Source of the DNA: Candidatus Rokuibacteriota bacterium
GTDB taxonomy: Bacteria; Methylomirabilota; Methylomirabilia; Rokubacteriales; CSP1-6
NCBI GenBank assembly: GCA_016184365.1
Contig: JACPCW010000088.1
Location: forward strand, 12,068 to 76,067
Direction: 5' to 3'
DNA: 64,000 nucleotides
Below the pieces are notes generated by a model, which did not search any database, was not told the DNA's origin, and saw nothing but the letters and a program-made list of their open reading frames with translations. Both the position numbers and the translations under genes were made by a program. Positions within the stretch are counted from its first letter, which is position 1. Every line of letters starts with the position of its first letter. Below, piece after piece: positions 36,032 through 45,922 of this stretch.

Positions 36032-37039
36032 CTAGATGCCCGACCCGGCGACGACGTCACGACGGTGTTGGCGCTGTCGCCAGTGGAGGGCGCTGAACGC
36101 CCCCAGGCCAAGGGCGATCTCGGCGATCTGGGTCAGGCGGAACGCGAGACCGACGGCCAGGCCGGCGGCGGCCGGCAGGCCAAGCGCTGTGAAGATCAGC
36201 ACCTTGCCGCCCTCCTGGACTCCGATCGAAGCCGGGACGAGAAACAGCGCGAGCTGGACCAGGAGCGAGAACGTCTCGATGGCGACGCAGGTGAGGAGAT
36301 CCGCGGGGAGCCCGAGCCAGCGAAGCAACAGGAACACCTGCAGCACGCCGATCGCGAAGGCCGAGAGATGCCAGGCGACGGAGCGGAGAAAATCGCCGCG
36401 CCGCAGCACGAGGACGTCGCGAATCTGGTCGTCCAGGGAGCCGGTGGCGCGCCGCAGCCAGTCGGTCCAGTACTCCGGAAGGCCGAGCCTTCCGGCCGCG
36501 GCCCCGGTCGCCGCGAAGAGCCCCCGGCGCTGCAGCCCAAAGAAGGCCGCCAGGCCGGCGAGCGTCAAGCCGAGCGCTCCGAAGAGTGCGCGAGAGATCG
36601 ACGTCGGCACGTCGAGGCCCCGAAAGGCGACCAGGAGGCCGCACAGGACGAAGACCGACTGCGCCACGCCGTAGGAGAGCTTGGCGGTGATGACGCTGGC
36701 CCAGGCGTTCGCCGCGGCCACGTACGGGCGCAAGAGCATCACCTTCACCGGCTCGCCGCCCACCGTTGCGGCCGGGACGGCCTGGTTGACGGCGGTCCCG
36801 GCCAGGCGCACCAGGAACAGCACGGGAAAGCTCACCGTGCGGTCGCTCGGCGCGAAGGTGAGTCGCCAGCCCATCGTATTCACCGCGTCGACCGCGAGCT
36901 CCAGGCCGACGATCACGGCGATCCCCCAGCCGATCTGGCCGAGATCGGCGACGATCGTCCAGGGGCCGATGCCGTAGATCAGGGAGGCGAACAGGCCGAG
37001 GCCGAGAACGAGAGCGGCGAGCTGCAGGCGCTGACTCAC
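36032..37039 (-). CDS. LPG-synthase-TM/UPF0104 family flippase-like membrane protein
   Basis: GTGA overlap with the upstream stop. About 8 TM segments; N-terminal pattern LGLGLFASLIYGIGPWTIVADLGQIGW. Confidence 0.7.
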   Translation of the reverse strand: MSQRLQLAALVLGLGLFASLIYGIGPWTIVADLGQIGWGIAVIVGLELAVDAVNTMGWRLTFAPSDRTVSFPVLFLVRLAGTAVNQAVPAATVGGEPVKVMLLRPYVAAANAWASVITAKLSYGVAQSVFVLCGLLVAFRGLDVPTSISRALFGALGLTLAGLAAFFGLQRRGLFAATGAAAGRLGLPEYWTDWLRRATGSLDDQIRDVLVLRRGDFLRSVAWHLSAFAIGVLQVFLLLRWLGLPADLLTCVAIETFSLLVQLALFLVPASIGVQEGGKVLIFTALGLPAAAGLAVGLAFRLTQIAEIALGLGAFSALHWRQRQHRRDVVAGSGI

Positions 37040-38184
37040 GACGTCCCGCGCCTCCGACCCACCCACGCGAGCAGGAGCAGGAAGGTCGGCGCGCCGACCG
37101 CGGTCAGGAACAGGAACCATCGCGCCTTCCCGAACGCCGCCAGGAGGACGATCAGGTAGATGAAGTCCCGGTGAGCGAGTGCGTCGGCCAGGCGCGACGC
37201 CGGGGAGTGCGCGTTCTCCTCGGTCGAGGCCCGCATGCCCCGCCCGTAGACGACAGCCGCCGCCGCCGCCGTGCTCACGACCGTCACGGCGCCCAGGAGC
37301 AGAGGCCACACCGCGCGGGCATCGAGACTCCAGCCAACGGCCATGGCGCTGAAGACCGCGACGTGCACCAGGTTGTCGCCGCCCGTGTCGAGCATCGCGC
37401 CCGTTCGCGACTCCAGGAACTTCAACCGGGCCAGCTCGCCGTCACAGCCGTCGAGGATCGAGTGGGTGAGAAAGAGGAGCGCCCCCGCGAGTTGCCAGGC
37501 CGGGGCGGAGGACAGGAAGAACGGCGCAGCCAGCAGCCCGACGGCGACGCTGACGAGGGTCATCACGTTCGGAGTGAGGCGGGTGGCGCAAAACCGTCGC
37601 GTCAGTGCCAGCGACAGGTGCCGCTCGAAGTGTCGGGACATGAAACCTTCGCTCGGCTTGACGAGGCCGCGCAACAACCAGGCCTCCGCCGCCGGCACAT
37701 CGCGGAGCGCGCCGAGCACGGACCTCCCGTTTCCGTCCGGGGCGAGATCGACGGTCCCCGACATCGGGCCCAGCGCTGCCACGAGCTCGGCCATGCTGCG
37801 GCTCCTCGCGGCCGCGGCAACGATGCGTTCGGGGTCCTTCGTCTCGACGACGGCGACCGATGTGCCGTCCACGTAGAGGCGCTCGGGTTGGGCGGGAAAC
37901 TCGCACAGCGATCGCAGCCATCGAGGGTGCGGCACCACGTTCATCGCGATCACCACGAGGCGGCGAAGCGGGGGCAACGGGTGCGACCCATTCGGGATCA
38001 GCGGGAGCGCGGCCGTACCCGCCAGCAGGCGTGTGTCATCCGACCGAGAGAGGCTCACCAGGACACACCGGAAACCCGCCCGGCCCGCCGCGAGCACAGT
38101 GCGGCGCACGAGGGGAACGCCGGCGAGCTTCGTTCCCGGCGGGACCCGTTCGCCGTGGCCCGGCGTGGACGGCAGGACGATCAA
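37036..38184 (-). CDS. nucleotidyltransferase-like domain fused to CDP-alcohol phosphatidyltransferase (canonical motif)
   Basis: DGCDGELAR-LKFLESRT-G-AML-D-TGG-D fits DGx2ARx8Gx3Dx3D exactly. The TTG start at 38184 is tentative. Confidence 0.75.
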   Translation of the reverse strand: MIVLPSTPGHGERVPPGTKLAGVPLVRRTVLAAGRAGFRCVLVSLSRSDDTRLLAGTAALPLIPNGSHPLPPLRRLVVIAMNVVPHPRWLRSLCEFPAQPERLYVDGTSVAVVETKDPERIVAAAARSRSMAELVAALGPMSGTVDLAPDGNGRSVLGALRDVPAAEAWLLRGLVKPSEGFMSRHFERHLSLALTRRFCATRLTPNVMTLVSVAVGLLAAPFFLSSAPAWQLAGALLFLTHSILDGCDGELARLKFLESRTGAMLDTGGDNLVHVAVFSAMAVGWSLDARAVWPLLLGAVTVVSTAAAAAVVYGRGMRASTEENAHSPASRLADALAHRDFIYLIVLLAAFGKARWFLFLTAVGAPTFLLLLAWVGRRRGTS

Positions 38185-38225
38185 CGCCGCTTCCCCGAGC
38201 GAGTCCGGTCGCGCCGCGTCCTGTT

Positions 38226-39284
38226 TCAGGTCGACGATCCCGCAGCCGGAACCGGGAGCAGGAGCGGCGCCGACGCCAGCGGAAGCGCGCGCCCCCCTCG
38301 TCGGCTCGATTCCCGGGCCAGCGCTTCGAGCGCGACGCAGAGCGACGCCTCCGCCAGATTCGCCGCCCGTCGCCTCGAGCCATTCATTGCCGCGATGAAG
38401 GAGTCCGCCACCCGGTCGAACCACTCGGGATCATAGGATCCATCGGACAGTGCCGGCGGACACGGCCATCGCTGCTCGCAGCCGCGCCGGCTCAGCACGA
38501 GCGTACCGTCCTCCAGCCGGATGCTGCCGTCGGTGCCCGTGAGCTCGGCCCAGGTGCGTCTCGCGTCGGAGGCCCACGTCAGCAGGACGTCCGCCGTTGC
38601 GCCCGGGAAGGTCAATCGGAGCGTCGCGGTGTCCTCGACGGCCAGCTCCGTGAATCGCCGCCGCTCGAGCGTCGCGCTGATCGAGGTCGGGCTCCCTCCC
38701 ATCCAGCGCCGGAGCAGGTAGAAGACATGCCAGCCGTGATCGCTGAGGACTCCGCCGCCGGCCACGATGGGATCGACGCGCCAGTTCTTGCTGTCGGCCT
38801 CGGCGATCGCCGCCGGCTTCGTCCTGAGTGTTTGCCAGACCACACGCCGCAACCGGCCGATCGCCCCGTCTCGGACGAGGTCCCAGGTGCGCCGGATGAT
38901 CGGCGCGTGGTGCCAATTGTGGACCGTCTGGAGAACGCGGTCGCTCGCGGCCGCGCGACGAGCCACCGCGGCGAGGTCGGCGACGGAGCAGACGAGCGGC
39001 TTTTCGCAGAGCACGTGCAGGCCCCGATCGAGGGCCGCGCGGATCAACCCGGCATGGCTCGACGGCGGGGTGCAGATATCGATGAAGTCGAGGTCCTCGC
39101 GCGCCATCAGCTCGGCCGTCGAGTCGTGCCACCGGGCGCGCGGCAAGCGCGCCTCGATCTCGGCCCGGCGTGCTGCGCGCGCGTCGGTGGCCGCGACGAT
39201 CTCGACCGCGTCGTGGGCCAGCCAGCCCGGCAGATGCGCGCGGACGGCAATGTTGCCGAGACCGATGATCGCCCCGCGCAGCAT
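38226..39284 (-). CDS. Gfo/Idh/MocA family NAD(P)-dependent oxidoreductase
   Basis: GAIIGLGNIAVRAHLP Rossmann start and the LCEKPL motif. Confidence 0.85.
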   Translation of the reverse strand: MLRGAIIGLGNIAVRAHLPGWLAHDAVEIVAATDARAARRAEIEARLPRARWHDSTAELMAREDLDFIDICTPPSSHAGLIRAALDRGLHVLCEKPLVCSVADLAAVARRAAASDRVLQTVHNWHHAPIIRRTWDLVRDGAIGRLRRVVWQTLRTKPAAIAEADSKNWRVDPIVAGGGVLSDHGWHVFYLLRRWMGGSPTSISATLERRRFTELAVEDTATLRLTFPGATADVLLTWASDARRTWAELTGTDGSIRLEDGTLVLSRRGCEQRWPCPPALSDGSYDPEWFDRVADSFIAAMNGSRRRAANLAEASLCVALEALARESSRRGGRALPLASAPLLLPVPAAGSST

Positions 39285-39285
39285 C

Positions 39286-40614
39286 CTACTCGAGCCCGTG
39301 CTGGCGAAGGACCACGCCGAGGGCTTCGTCGAATCGGTCGAGGCCGTCCAGCGCGGTCGCTTCGCTGATGATCAGCGGCGGATTGAGCCGGATCGTGGGC
39401 GAGTAGCACATCGCGACCAGGCCGCGCCTCAGGCATTCTCGATAGAGTGCCTGTGTGACTTCTCGGGCGACAGGCGCCTTCGTCGCGCGGTCCCTCACGA
39501 GCTCGATCCCCAGCATCAGGCCCTTCCCCCGCACGTCGCCGACCGAGCGGTATTTCTCCCCGAGCGCGGCGACGCGCTCGAGCATGACCGTGCCCACGCG
39601 CTCCGCGTTCTTGACCAGGTTCTCCCTGAGGATGATCTCGAGCGACGCGAGCCCGGCCGCCGCGGCCAGCGGGTTCCCCCCGTAGCTCGAGGAGCTGGCG
39701 CTCGGATTCGACCACGGCGTGCGACTGGTGAGATCGGCGGTGGAGATGACGCCGCTCAGCGGGAACCCACCGCCCATGCCCTTGCCAACGGTCATGACGT
39801 CCGGGATCACGCCATCGTGATCCGATCCCCACATGGCGCCGGTCCGGCCGAAGCCGGTCAACATCTCATCCGCGATCAGCAGGGCGCCGTGCTCCCGGGC
39901 GATCGTCTCGATGGCGCGGAGGAATCCCTCGGGCGGGACGACGTTCCCGGCTGTCCCCTGGATGGGCTCGACGATGATGGCGGCGATCTCGCCGCTCGTC
40001 TGGTAACGAATCACGTCTCGGAGATACTCGGCGCACGCCATCCCGCACGCCGGATAGCGAAGCCTCAGCGGACAGCGGTAGCAGTTGGCGTACGGCGAGA
40101 GGTACTGGCCCGGCAGGAACGGCCCGAGGTGGTGCTTGAAGTCGCTGCCGAGGAGACCCAGGACGCCACCGGTCTTGCCGTGAAAGGCGCCCCAGAAGCC
40201 CACGACCTCGTGCTTTCCCGTCGCCGCCTTCGCCAGCCGCAGGGCCGCCTCCACGGCTTCCGCGCCGCCGGAGAAGAGCTGGATGCGCGTGAGCCCGGGC
40301 GGAGTGACGGTCGCGAGCAGCTCGAGGAGACGGGCACGAGTTTCGGTGGTGAAGCTGCCAAACGTCAGCTGCTCGACCTGCCGTTTCAGCGCCTCCACGT
40401 AATCCGGGTGGCAGTGCCCCACGCTGCCGACGCCGATGCCCGCGATGAAGTCGATGTACTCGCGGCCGTCCTCGTCGACCAGCGTGCACCCGCTGCCCCG
40501 GGCCATCGCCAACCCGGCGTAGAGGGCGTAGGACTGGACGCCCGGCGCGACGTGGCGCTGTTCACGGGCCACGATGGCGCGCGACCTGGGGCCCGGAGCG
40601 CTTCCCGTCGTCAT
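39286..40614 (-). CDS. class III (PLP) aminotransferase
   Basis: IADEMLTGFGRTGAMWG and TVGKGMGGGFP motifs. ATGA overlap with the upstream stop. Confidence 0.85.
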   Translation of the reverse strand: MTTGSAPGPRSRAIVAREQRHVAPGVQSYALYAGLAMARGSGCTLVDEDGREYIDFIAGIGVGSVGHCHPDYVEALKRQVEQLTFGSFTTETRARLLELLATVTPPGLTRIQLFSGGAEAVEAALRLAKAATGKHEVVGFWGAFHGKTGGVLGLLGSDFKHHLGPFLPGQYLSPYANCYRCPLRLRYPACGMACAEYLRDVIRYQTSGEIAAIIVEPIQGTAGNVVPPEGFLRAIETIAREHGALLIADEMLTGFGRTGAMWGSDHDGVIPDVMTVGKGMGGGFPLSGVISTADLTSRTPWSNPSASSSSYGGNPLAAAAGLASLEIILRENLVKNAERVGTVMLERVAALGEKYRSVGDVRGKGLMLGIELVRDRATKAPVAREVTQALYRECLRRGLVAMCYSPTIRLNPPLIISEATALDGLDRFDEALGVVLRQHGLE

Positions 40615-41438
40615 CGGCGCCCACCACTGAAGCGGAGCGCCAGGTAGGAGGCGATACGCTCGGCCGCCTCGTCCCGGTACAGCGCGAAGCTGGGCCAGGC
40701 ATTGAGGTCGAGCAACACGATGTGCCCCGTCGGCGTCACGATCACATCTCCTCCGTAGACTTCGAGGCCAAGGGCCGCCGCCGCCCTCTGCACGAGCCGG
40801 GGGAGCGTCCGCGGATCGAACGGATGGCCCGCGACGTTCTGCCCCGCGTGATAGAACCACCGGAACCACGGCGGGCCGCCGTCGCTGCCGATCCCGTAGA
40901 ACTTGATCAGGTCTCCATCGAGGTGCTCCTGAATCACCGCCCGGGGGATGCGGCGTTCGGCGAGCCCCCGCAGCGCCGCCTCGACGGCCGTCCTGGTCGG
41001 CGCGAGAGAGACGTCACCCGCCTGGGTGTTGTGGACGTCGGCTCGCTTCACCCAGACCGGGAGCGGCGTCTCGACGCAGGGCTCGGCGGTCGAGACGATG
41101 CGGCTCTCGATGAACGGCACGTCGGCTTCCTGGAGCTGCGCGATCATCCGCTCACGATAGGTGTTCAGCACGGCCGCGGGGCTGTTCACCTGGAGCACGC
41201 CGCCGGCCTCCCAGCCACGGAGCCGCTCCAGAGCTCCGACGCTCTCGCACATCAGGAAGACCGCGCGCGGGGCGACATCCACTGGCTCCTCGAGCTCCTC
41301 CGGGTCCTTGAGAACGACCTCGAGCCCTTTCGCCTCCAGCCGTTTCGCCGTGAGCCGGAGGATCTCGGTGTCGTCCGTCTCCCGTCCCGGCGAATGCGCA
41401 CGTTCCCGGGAAATTCCCCAGCAGGATCCTCGGCTCAC
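40611..41438 (-). CDS. ATP-grasp domain ligase
   Basis: GTGA overlap with the upstream stop. PVWVKRADVH..IQEHLDGDLIKFYGI..LEVYGGDVIVTPTGHIVLLDLNAWPSF pattern. Confidence 0.7.
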   Translation of the reverse strand: MSRGSCWGISRERAHSPGRETDDTEILRLTAKRLEAKGLEVVLKDPEELEEPVDVAPRAVFLMCESVGALERLRGWEAGGVLQVNSPAAVLNTYRERMIAQLQEADVPFIESRIVSTAEPCVETPLPVWVKRADVHNTQAGDVSLAPTRTAVEAALRGLAERRIPRAVIQEHLDGDLIKFYGIGSDGGPPWFRWFYHAGQNVAGHPFDPRTLPRLVQRAAAALGLEVYGGDVIVTPTGHIVLLDLNAWPSFALYRDEAAERIASYLALRFSGGRR

Positions 41439-42169
41439 TCGTCGGCTCCTCCCTGTGAACGTCGCGACACTCGCGCGGTGCTGGCCAGGGCTTCGGCCAG
41501 CGCCACGTCCTCGGCCCGGTCCACATCCACCACGCGCTCGATGACCTCGCCGTACAGCGGCTCTCCGCGATCGACGAGCCACGCGAGAAACTCCCGGAGC
41601 CGGCCCAGCCCGGGCGGAGGGACGGTCGTTCGGACCCGCTCCGACACGAGATAGATCCCCGCCGTCACCATGTCGCCCGACGTCCCGCCCAGACGCGTGA
41701 CACGGCCGCGCGCGTCGAGCCCGACCCACAACGGGTGTTCATCGGCGACGAACGGGGTCACGGCGAGCACCGTCGCGGCGGGCGGCCGCCGCCGGGCGGC
41801 CTCCACGAAGCGCACGAAGTCGTCGGAACGACACCAGGCGTCCACGGTGGAGATCAGCGCCCGGCCGCGCCCGAGGCCGGTGGCCACTTCGACGAAGCTC
41901 TCGAGGGACGAGCGCGTGGTCTTCACGATGAAGCGCACGCCGAGGTGCGGGAAGCGCGCCGTGACCCACTCGACGCAGTCCGCCGCACGCTCGTTGACGA
42001 TGGTGACCGGCGCGATGATGCCCGCGGCGACGAAGTTCCGAATGACCCAGCCGATCAGCGGCAGACCGGCGATCGGGACCAGCGGCTTGGGCATCGGGAA
42101 CCCGGCCTGGCGCAGGCGAGAGCCTTCGCCCGCCGCGATGATGCCGCCGCGCAGCCTCTGCGCCCTCAC
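41435..42169 (-). CDS. nucleotidyltransferase (sugar/polyol-phosphate NTP-transferase family)
   Basis: GIIAAGEGSRLRQAGFPMPKPLVPIAGLPLI signature. GTGA overlap with the upstream stop. Confidence 0.8.
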   Translation of the reverse strand: MRAQRLRGGIIAAGEGSRLRQAGFPMPKPLVPIAGLPLIGWVIRNFVAAGIIAPVTIVNERAADCVEWVTARFPHLGVRFIVKTTRSSLESFVEVATGLGRGRALISTVDAWCRSDDFVRFVEAARRRPPAATVLAVTPFVADEHPLWVGLDARGRVTRLGGTSGDMVTAGIYLVSERVRTTVPPPGLGRLREFLAWLVDRGEPLYGEVIERVVDVDRAEDVALAEALASTARVSRRSQGGADE

Positions 42170-42849
42170 GCCAGGAGCTTCCCGAGGTCCGCGAGCGCCT
42201 GGATCACCGGGTCACCCGGGCAGCAGGGCTGGGCCCGGGGCACTCCCGGGCCGGCGACCCATACGTGGCGCATCCCGGCGGCCCGCGCGCCGGCCATGTC
42301 GCGCGGCAGGGAGTCGCCGACCATCACGGTCTCCGCGGGTTCCACGCCGAGCGCCGCCGCCGCGACATGGAAGATCCGAGGATCCGGCTTCCGGCAGCCG
42401 ATGTCCTCCGAATCGATGAGCACATCGACGAACTCGCTGACTTCGCACTCCGCGCACACGGTGGCGAGGTTGCCGTAGAAGTTCGAGACGATCGCCAGGC
42501 GATAGCGGCGCCGGAGGGCGGCGAGGAGCGAGGCGTTGCGACGGAGCGTTCTCGAGGCTCGCTCGAGAAACCGCGTCGCGATGCGACCGACCAGGGCGTC
42601 GTCGCGGATGTCCAGGCCGCGGTTGATCCCCGCCAGGAGGCGGAACACGGTTTCCTGGAACGACAGCGTGGAGGGCACCGCGCCGACGAGCGCGTCGTCG
42701 GCGGCGTAGAAGAGGGCGTCGAAGCGCTGGGGTGGGATGACCAGCCCTTCTTCGCGGTACAGCCGGCTCACGCGCTCCTTCCACGGCAGGCCGTCGGCGT
42801 CCAGCGTTCCGCCGAAATCGAACAGCACCGCGCGGTAGCCAGTGAGCAC
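42166..42849 (-). CDS. HAD superfamily hydrolase (motif I DFGGT)
   Basis: AVLFDFGGTLD, IVSNF, KPDPRIF and MVGDSLPRD motifs. Start tentative (GTG 42849; the ORF stays open up to 42939). Confidence 0.75.
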   Translation of the reverse strand: MLTGYRAVLFDFGGTLDADGLPWKERVSRLYREEGLVIPPQRFDALFYAADDALVGAVPSTLSFQETVFRLLAGINRGLDIRDDALVGRIATRFLERASRTLRRNASLLAALRRRYRLAIVSNFYGNLATVCAECEVSEFVDVLIDSEDIGCRKPDPRIFHVAAAALGVEPAETVMVGDSLPRDMAGARAAGMRHVWVAGPGVPRAQPCCPGDPVIQALADLGKLLA

Positions 42850-43008
42850 AGGCGGTTCGGGGCAGGTGAGCCCGGGTGGCCGCGAGGAGTCGCAGCTCTT
42901 CAAGGTGCGACTGAACTCTCCGTCCGCACCATGGCGCATTCAATGCAGAGGAGCACCCATCCTCCTAGAGCGTTTGACTCGTCCCGGGACGTTCGACCTG
43001 TCCCTCTC

Positions 43009-43037
43009 TGAGACGGAGTCTCGCTCCCGTAAGATTC
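43009..43037 (-). promoter_or_regulatory. ECF-type promoter candidate GAATC-N17-CGTCTCA (faces the lipid operon)
   Basis: The plus strand reads TGAGACG-N17-GATTC. Confidence 0.6.
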
Positions 43038-43050
43038 GCGGGCGCCCAGC

Positions 43051-43079
43051 GAATCCGACTCACGGCGCCTTCCGTCTCA
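43051..43079 (+). promoter_or_regulatory. ECF-type promoter candidate GAATC-N17-CGTCTCA (faces the RND exporter)
   Basis: Back-to-back with 43009-43037. The -10 ends 5 nt before GTG 43085. Confidence 0.6.
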
Positions 43080-43084
43080 GGAAC

Positions 43085-45922
43085 GTGACGGGGGACGCCG
43101 CTGCGCACAGTCGCCGTGCCGTGCCACGAGTTCTCTCGGCGCTGGCCCTGCGGCATCCGCTCGGTCTCGCCGTCGCGGCCGCCCTGCTGGCGGTCCTCGG
43201 ATTCGGCCTCGCGGCCACCCGGCTCGAGTTCCACACCAGCCGTGGGGCGCTGATCGCGGACGGAGACCGCTCCCGACAGCTCAACGCGCGCTACGAGCAG
43301 GAGTTCGAAGAGTTGCCGGAGCGGGTCGTGGTGGCGATCGCGAGCGACGATCCGGAGTCCGCCAAAGGGTTCGCGACCGCGTTGGGACAGCGATGGCAGC
43401 GAGATCCGGACATCGAACAGGTCCTCGCTCGCATCGAACCCGGCGCCCTGAAACGGAAGGGACTCTACTACCTGTCTCCTGACGAGCTGGTCGCGCTGAG
43501 AGGGCGGCTCGAAACCCACCGCGACCTCCTCCGCGACCTCGTCGCCTCGCCTACGCTGGCGAATCTGCTGGCGCTGATCAACCGCGACGTCACCGCGGGG
43601 CTCGTGGCCCGCGCGTTCGCGATCGGGGGCGACGAGACCGCCGACGATGCCGTCGACCTCGCCCCGCTTCTCGCGATCCTTCGGCAGATGAACGAGTCGT
43701 TGGCCGACACTCGGCCGTTCCAGTCTCCCTGGCCGGCATTGCTCGGAACGGGACCGAGAGCCGCCTCCGAGGACGGGTTCCTCCGGTCGGACGACAAGCG
43801 CCTCCTGTTCGTCCTCGCGAATCCGAAGGCGAGCGCCGGGGACTTCAACCGGTTCGGACGGGCGGTGACGAAGATCCGGGCCGACGCGCAGGACTTGCGA
43901 CGGGCCTATCCGAACGTCGAGGTCGGGATCACGGGGCGGGCGGTGCTCGAATCCGACGAGATGGCGGCGGCGAAGCGAGACATGACCCTCGCCTCCCTGA
44001 TCTCGCTTGCCGGCATCACGCTCCTGTTCGTCGTCTTCTTCAAAGGAATCGTGAGACCGGCCATCGCCGCCGTCACGCTCGTGATCGGCGTGGGCTGGTC
44101 GCTCGGCTTCGCCACCCTGACCGTCGGGCACCTGAACATCCTCTCCATCGCCTTCCTGCCGATGCTCGTCGGGCTCGGCATCGACTACGGGATCCACTTC
44201 GTTGCGCGCTACGAGGAGGAGCGATCCGGGGCCCGTCAGGTCGGCGCCGCGCTGGCCCGGACGGTCAGCGGCGCGGGCCGGGGCATCGCGACCGCCGCCC
44301 TCACGACCGCACTCGGGTTCTTCGCGCTGCTGCTCACCGACTTCAAGGGGCTCGCGGAGCTCGGACTGATCAGCGGGAGCAGCGTGCTCCTGACCGCGCT
44401 GGCCACCTTCGTCGTGATGCCGGCGCTGCTCGTCCTCTCCGAGGCCGGCCCCCTGGGCCGCATGGTGCCCGCGCGCGCCGGCCAGGCGCGCGCGGACGGC
44501 GGCTATCTCGCGACGGTGGTCCGCTATCCCCGGCTCACGCTCACGCTCAGCGCGTTGCTGATCGGCGTGAGCGTGCTGGCGCTCGGGAGCGTCCGCTCCG
44601 ACTTCAATCTCCTCCACCTGCAGGCCGAGGGCACCGAGGCCGCACGGTGGGCGCAGAGGATCTTCGAGAGCGCCTCGCGTTCCGTCCTCTTCGAGGAAGT
44701 CGCCGCCGGGTCTCTGGCGGAGGTCCGGCGGAAAGTCGTGGCGCTCGAGGTCCTCCCCTCGGTCGCCGACGTCGAGAGCATCGCCTCGGTGCTCCCCGAG
44801 GATCAGGAGGCGAAGCGCCCGCTCGTCGAGGCCATCAAGCCGCTCGTGGCCGATCTCTCGTTCGGCAGGGTCGTGGCCACGTCCGTCGACGTGGGCGCCG
44901 TCCGGAGCACGCTCGGCCGGATCACGTTCAAGCTCGGCGGCGACGGCGCCGCGGACCCTGACCCGGGAGACCCTTCACTCGACCGCGACCGCCACGAGGC
45001 CCGGGGCCTGATCGAAGCGTTTCTCGCCACGGCCGCGCGAAGGGACAAGGCGGACGTCGATCGCGCCCTCGTCGCCTTCCAGGAGCGGCTGTTCGGGGAC
45101 CTGCGGGAGAAGCTCGGCCTGCTCACGGCGAGCGCGAGCGCGTCGCCCGTGACGGTCGACGACCTGCCGCCCGAGCTTCGCGCGCGCTATGTCGGCAGGA
45201 CGGGCCAGTATCGTCTCTTCGTCTTCCCCTCCGCCGACGTCTGGGAGTTTGCGCCGCTGGCCCGGTTCGTCGAGGACGTGCGGTCGGTGGATCCTGACGC
45301 GCACGGCACGCCGGGCCGAACGTTCGAGTATCTCCGCACGATGAGAGAAGGATACGAGCGCGCCGCGCTCTATGCGTCCGTGGCCGTCGCGCTCGTGGCG
45401 TTCCTCACGTTCCGCGCCCTCCAGCCCGCCCTGCTCGCGCTCGTGCCCCTGATCGTCGGAGGCCTCTGGACCTTGGGGCTCATGGGACTCGTCGGCGTGG
45501 CGTTCAACCCGGCGAACCTCCTGCTCCTGCCGTTGATCGTGGGCATCGGCATCGACAGCGGCATCTATGTCGTCCAGCGCGTTCGCGAGAGCGGCGGCGC
45601 CGGCGCCCCGCTTCCGCGCAGCACCGGCCGGGCGATCACGCTCTCGGCCCTGACGACGATGGTTGGATTCGGCAGCCTGATGATCTCCGGCCATCGCGGG
45701 ATCTCGAGCCTCGGGCTCGTCGTCGTCCTGGGCGTCGGGAGCGTCCTGGTCGCGTCGCTGACGACGCTGCCGAGCCTCGTTGCGCTCCTGGCCCGTCGGC
45801 GGGCCGCAGTATCCGGCGGCGATCGAGCAGCGGCGGTGGACACCGGGCGTGTCCGGCTCCACACTCCAGCCGGGCTCGAGGCGGCGCCGGCTGAACACCG
45901 CGAGCGGGTGGTCTCGTCGTGA
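43085..45922 (+). CDS. RND-superfamily MMPL-type exporter (HpnN-like)
   Basis: Two 6-TM bundles, each preceded by a large soluble domain. SLISLAGITLLFVVFF..FLPMLVGLGIDYGIHF is repeated as ..LLLLPLIVGIGIDSGIYV. The start may be GTG 43121. Confidence 0.8.
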   Translation: MTGDAAAHSRRAVPRVLSALALRHPLGLAVAAALLAVLGFGLAATRLEFHTSRGALIADGDRSRQLNARYEQEFEELPERVVVAIASDDPESAKGFATALGQRWQRDPDIEQVLARIEPGALKRKGLYYLSPDELVALRGRLETHRDLLRDLVASPTLANLLALINRDVTAGLVARAFAIGGDETADDAVDLAPLLAILRQMNESLADTRPFQSPWPALLGTGPRAASEDGFLRSDDKRLLFVLANPKASAGDFNRFGRAVTKIRADAQDLRRAYPNVEVGITGRAVLESDEMAAAKRDMTLASLISLAGITLLFVVFFKGIVRPAIAAVTLVIGVGWSLGFATLTVGHLNILSIAFLPMLVGLGIDYGIHFVARYEEERSGARQVGAALARTVSGAGRGIATAALTTALGFFALLLTDFKGLAELGLISGSSVLLTALATFVVMPALLVLSEAGPLGRMVPARAGQARADGGYLATVVRYPRLTLTLSALLIGVSVLALGSVRSDFNLLHLQAEGTEAARWAQRIFESASRSVLFEEVAAGSLAEVRRKVVALEVLPSVADVESIASVLPEDQEAKRPLVEAIKPLVADLSFGRVVATSVDVGAVRSTLGRITFKLGGDGAADPDPGDPSLDRDRHEARGLIEAFLATAARRDKADVDRALVAFQERLFGDLREKLGLLTASASASPVTVDDLPPELRARYVGRTGQYRLFVFPSADVWEFAPLARFVEDVRSVDPDAHGTPGRTFEYLRTMREGYERAALYASVAVALVAFLTFRALQPALLALVPLIVGGLWTLGLMGLVGVAFNPANLLLLPLIVGIGIDSGIYVVQRVRESGGAGAPLPRSTGRAITLSALTTMVGFGSLMISGHRGISSLGLVVVLGVGSVLVASLTTLPSLVALLARRRAAVSGGDRAAAVDTGRVRLHTPAGLEAAPAEHRERVVSS

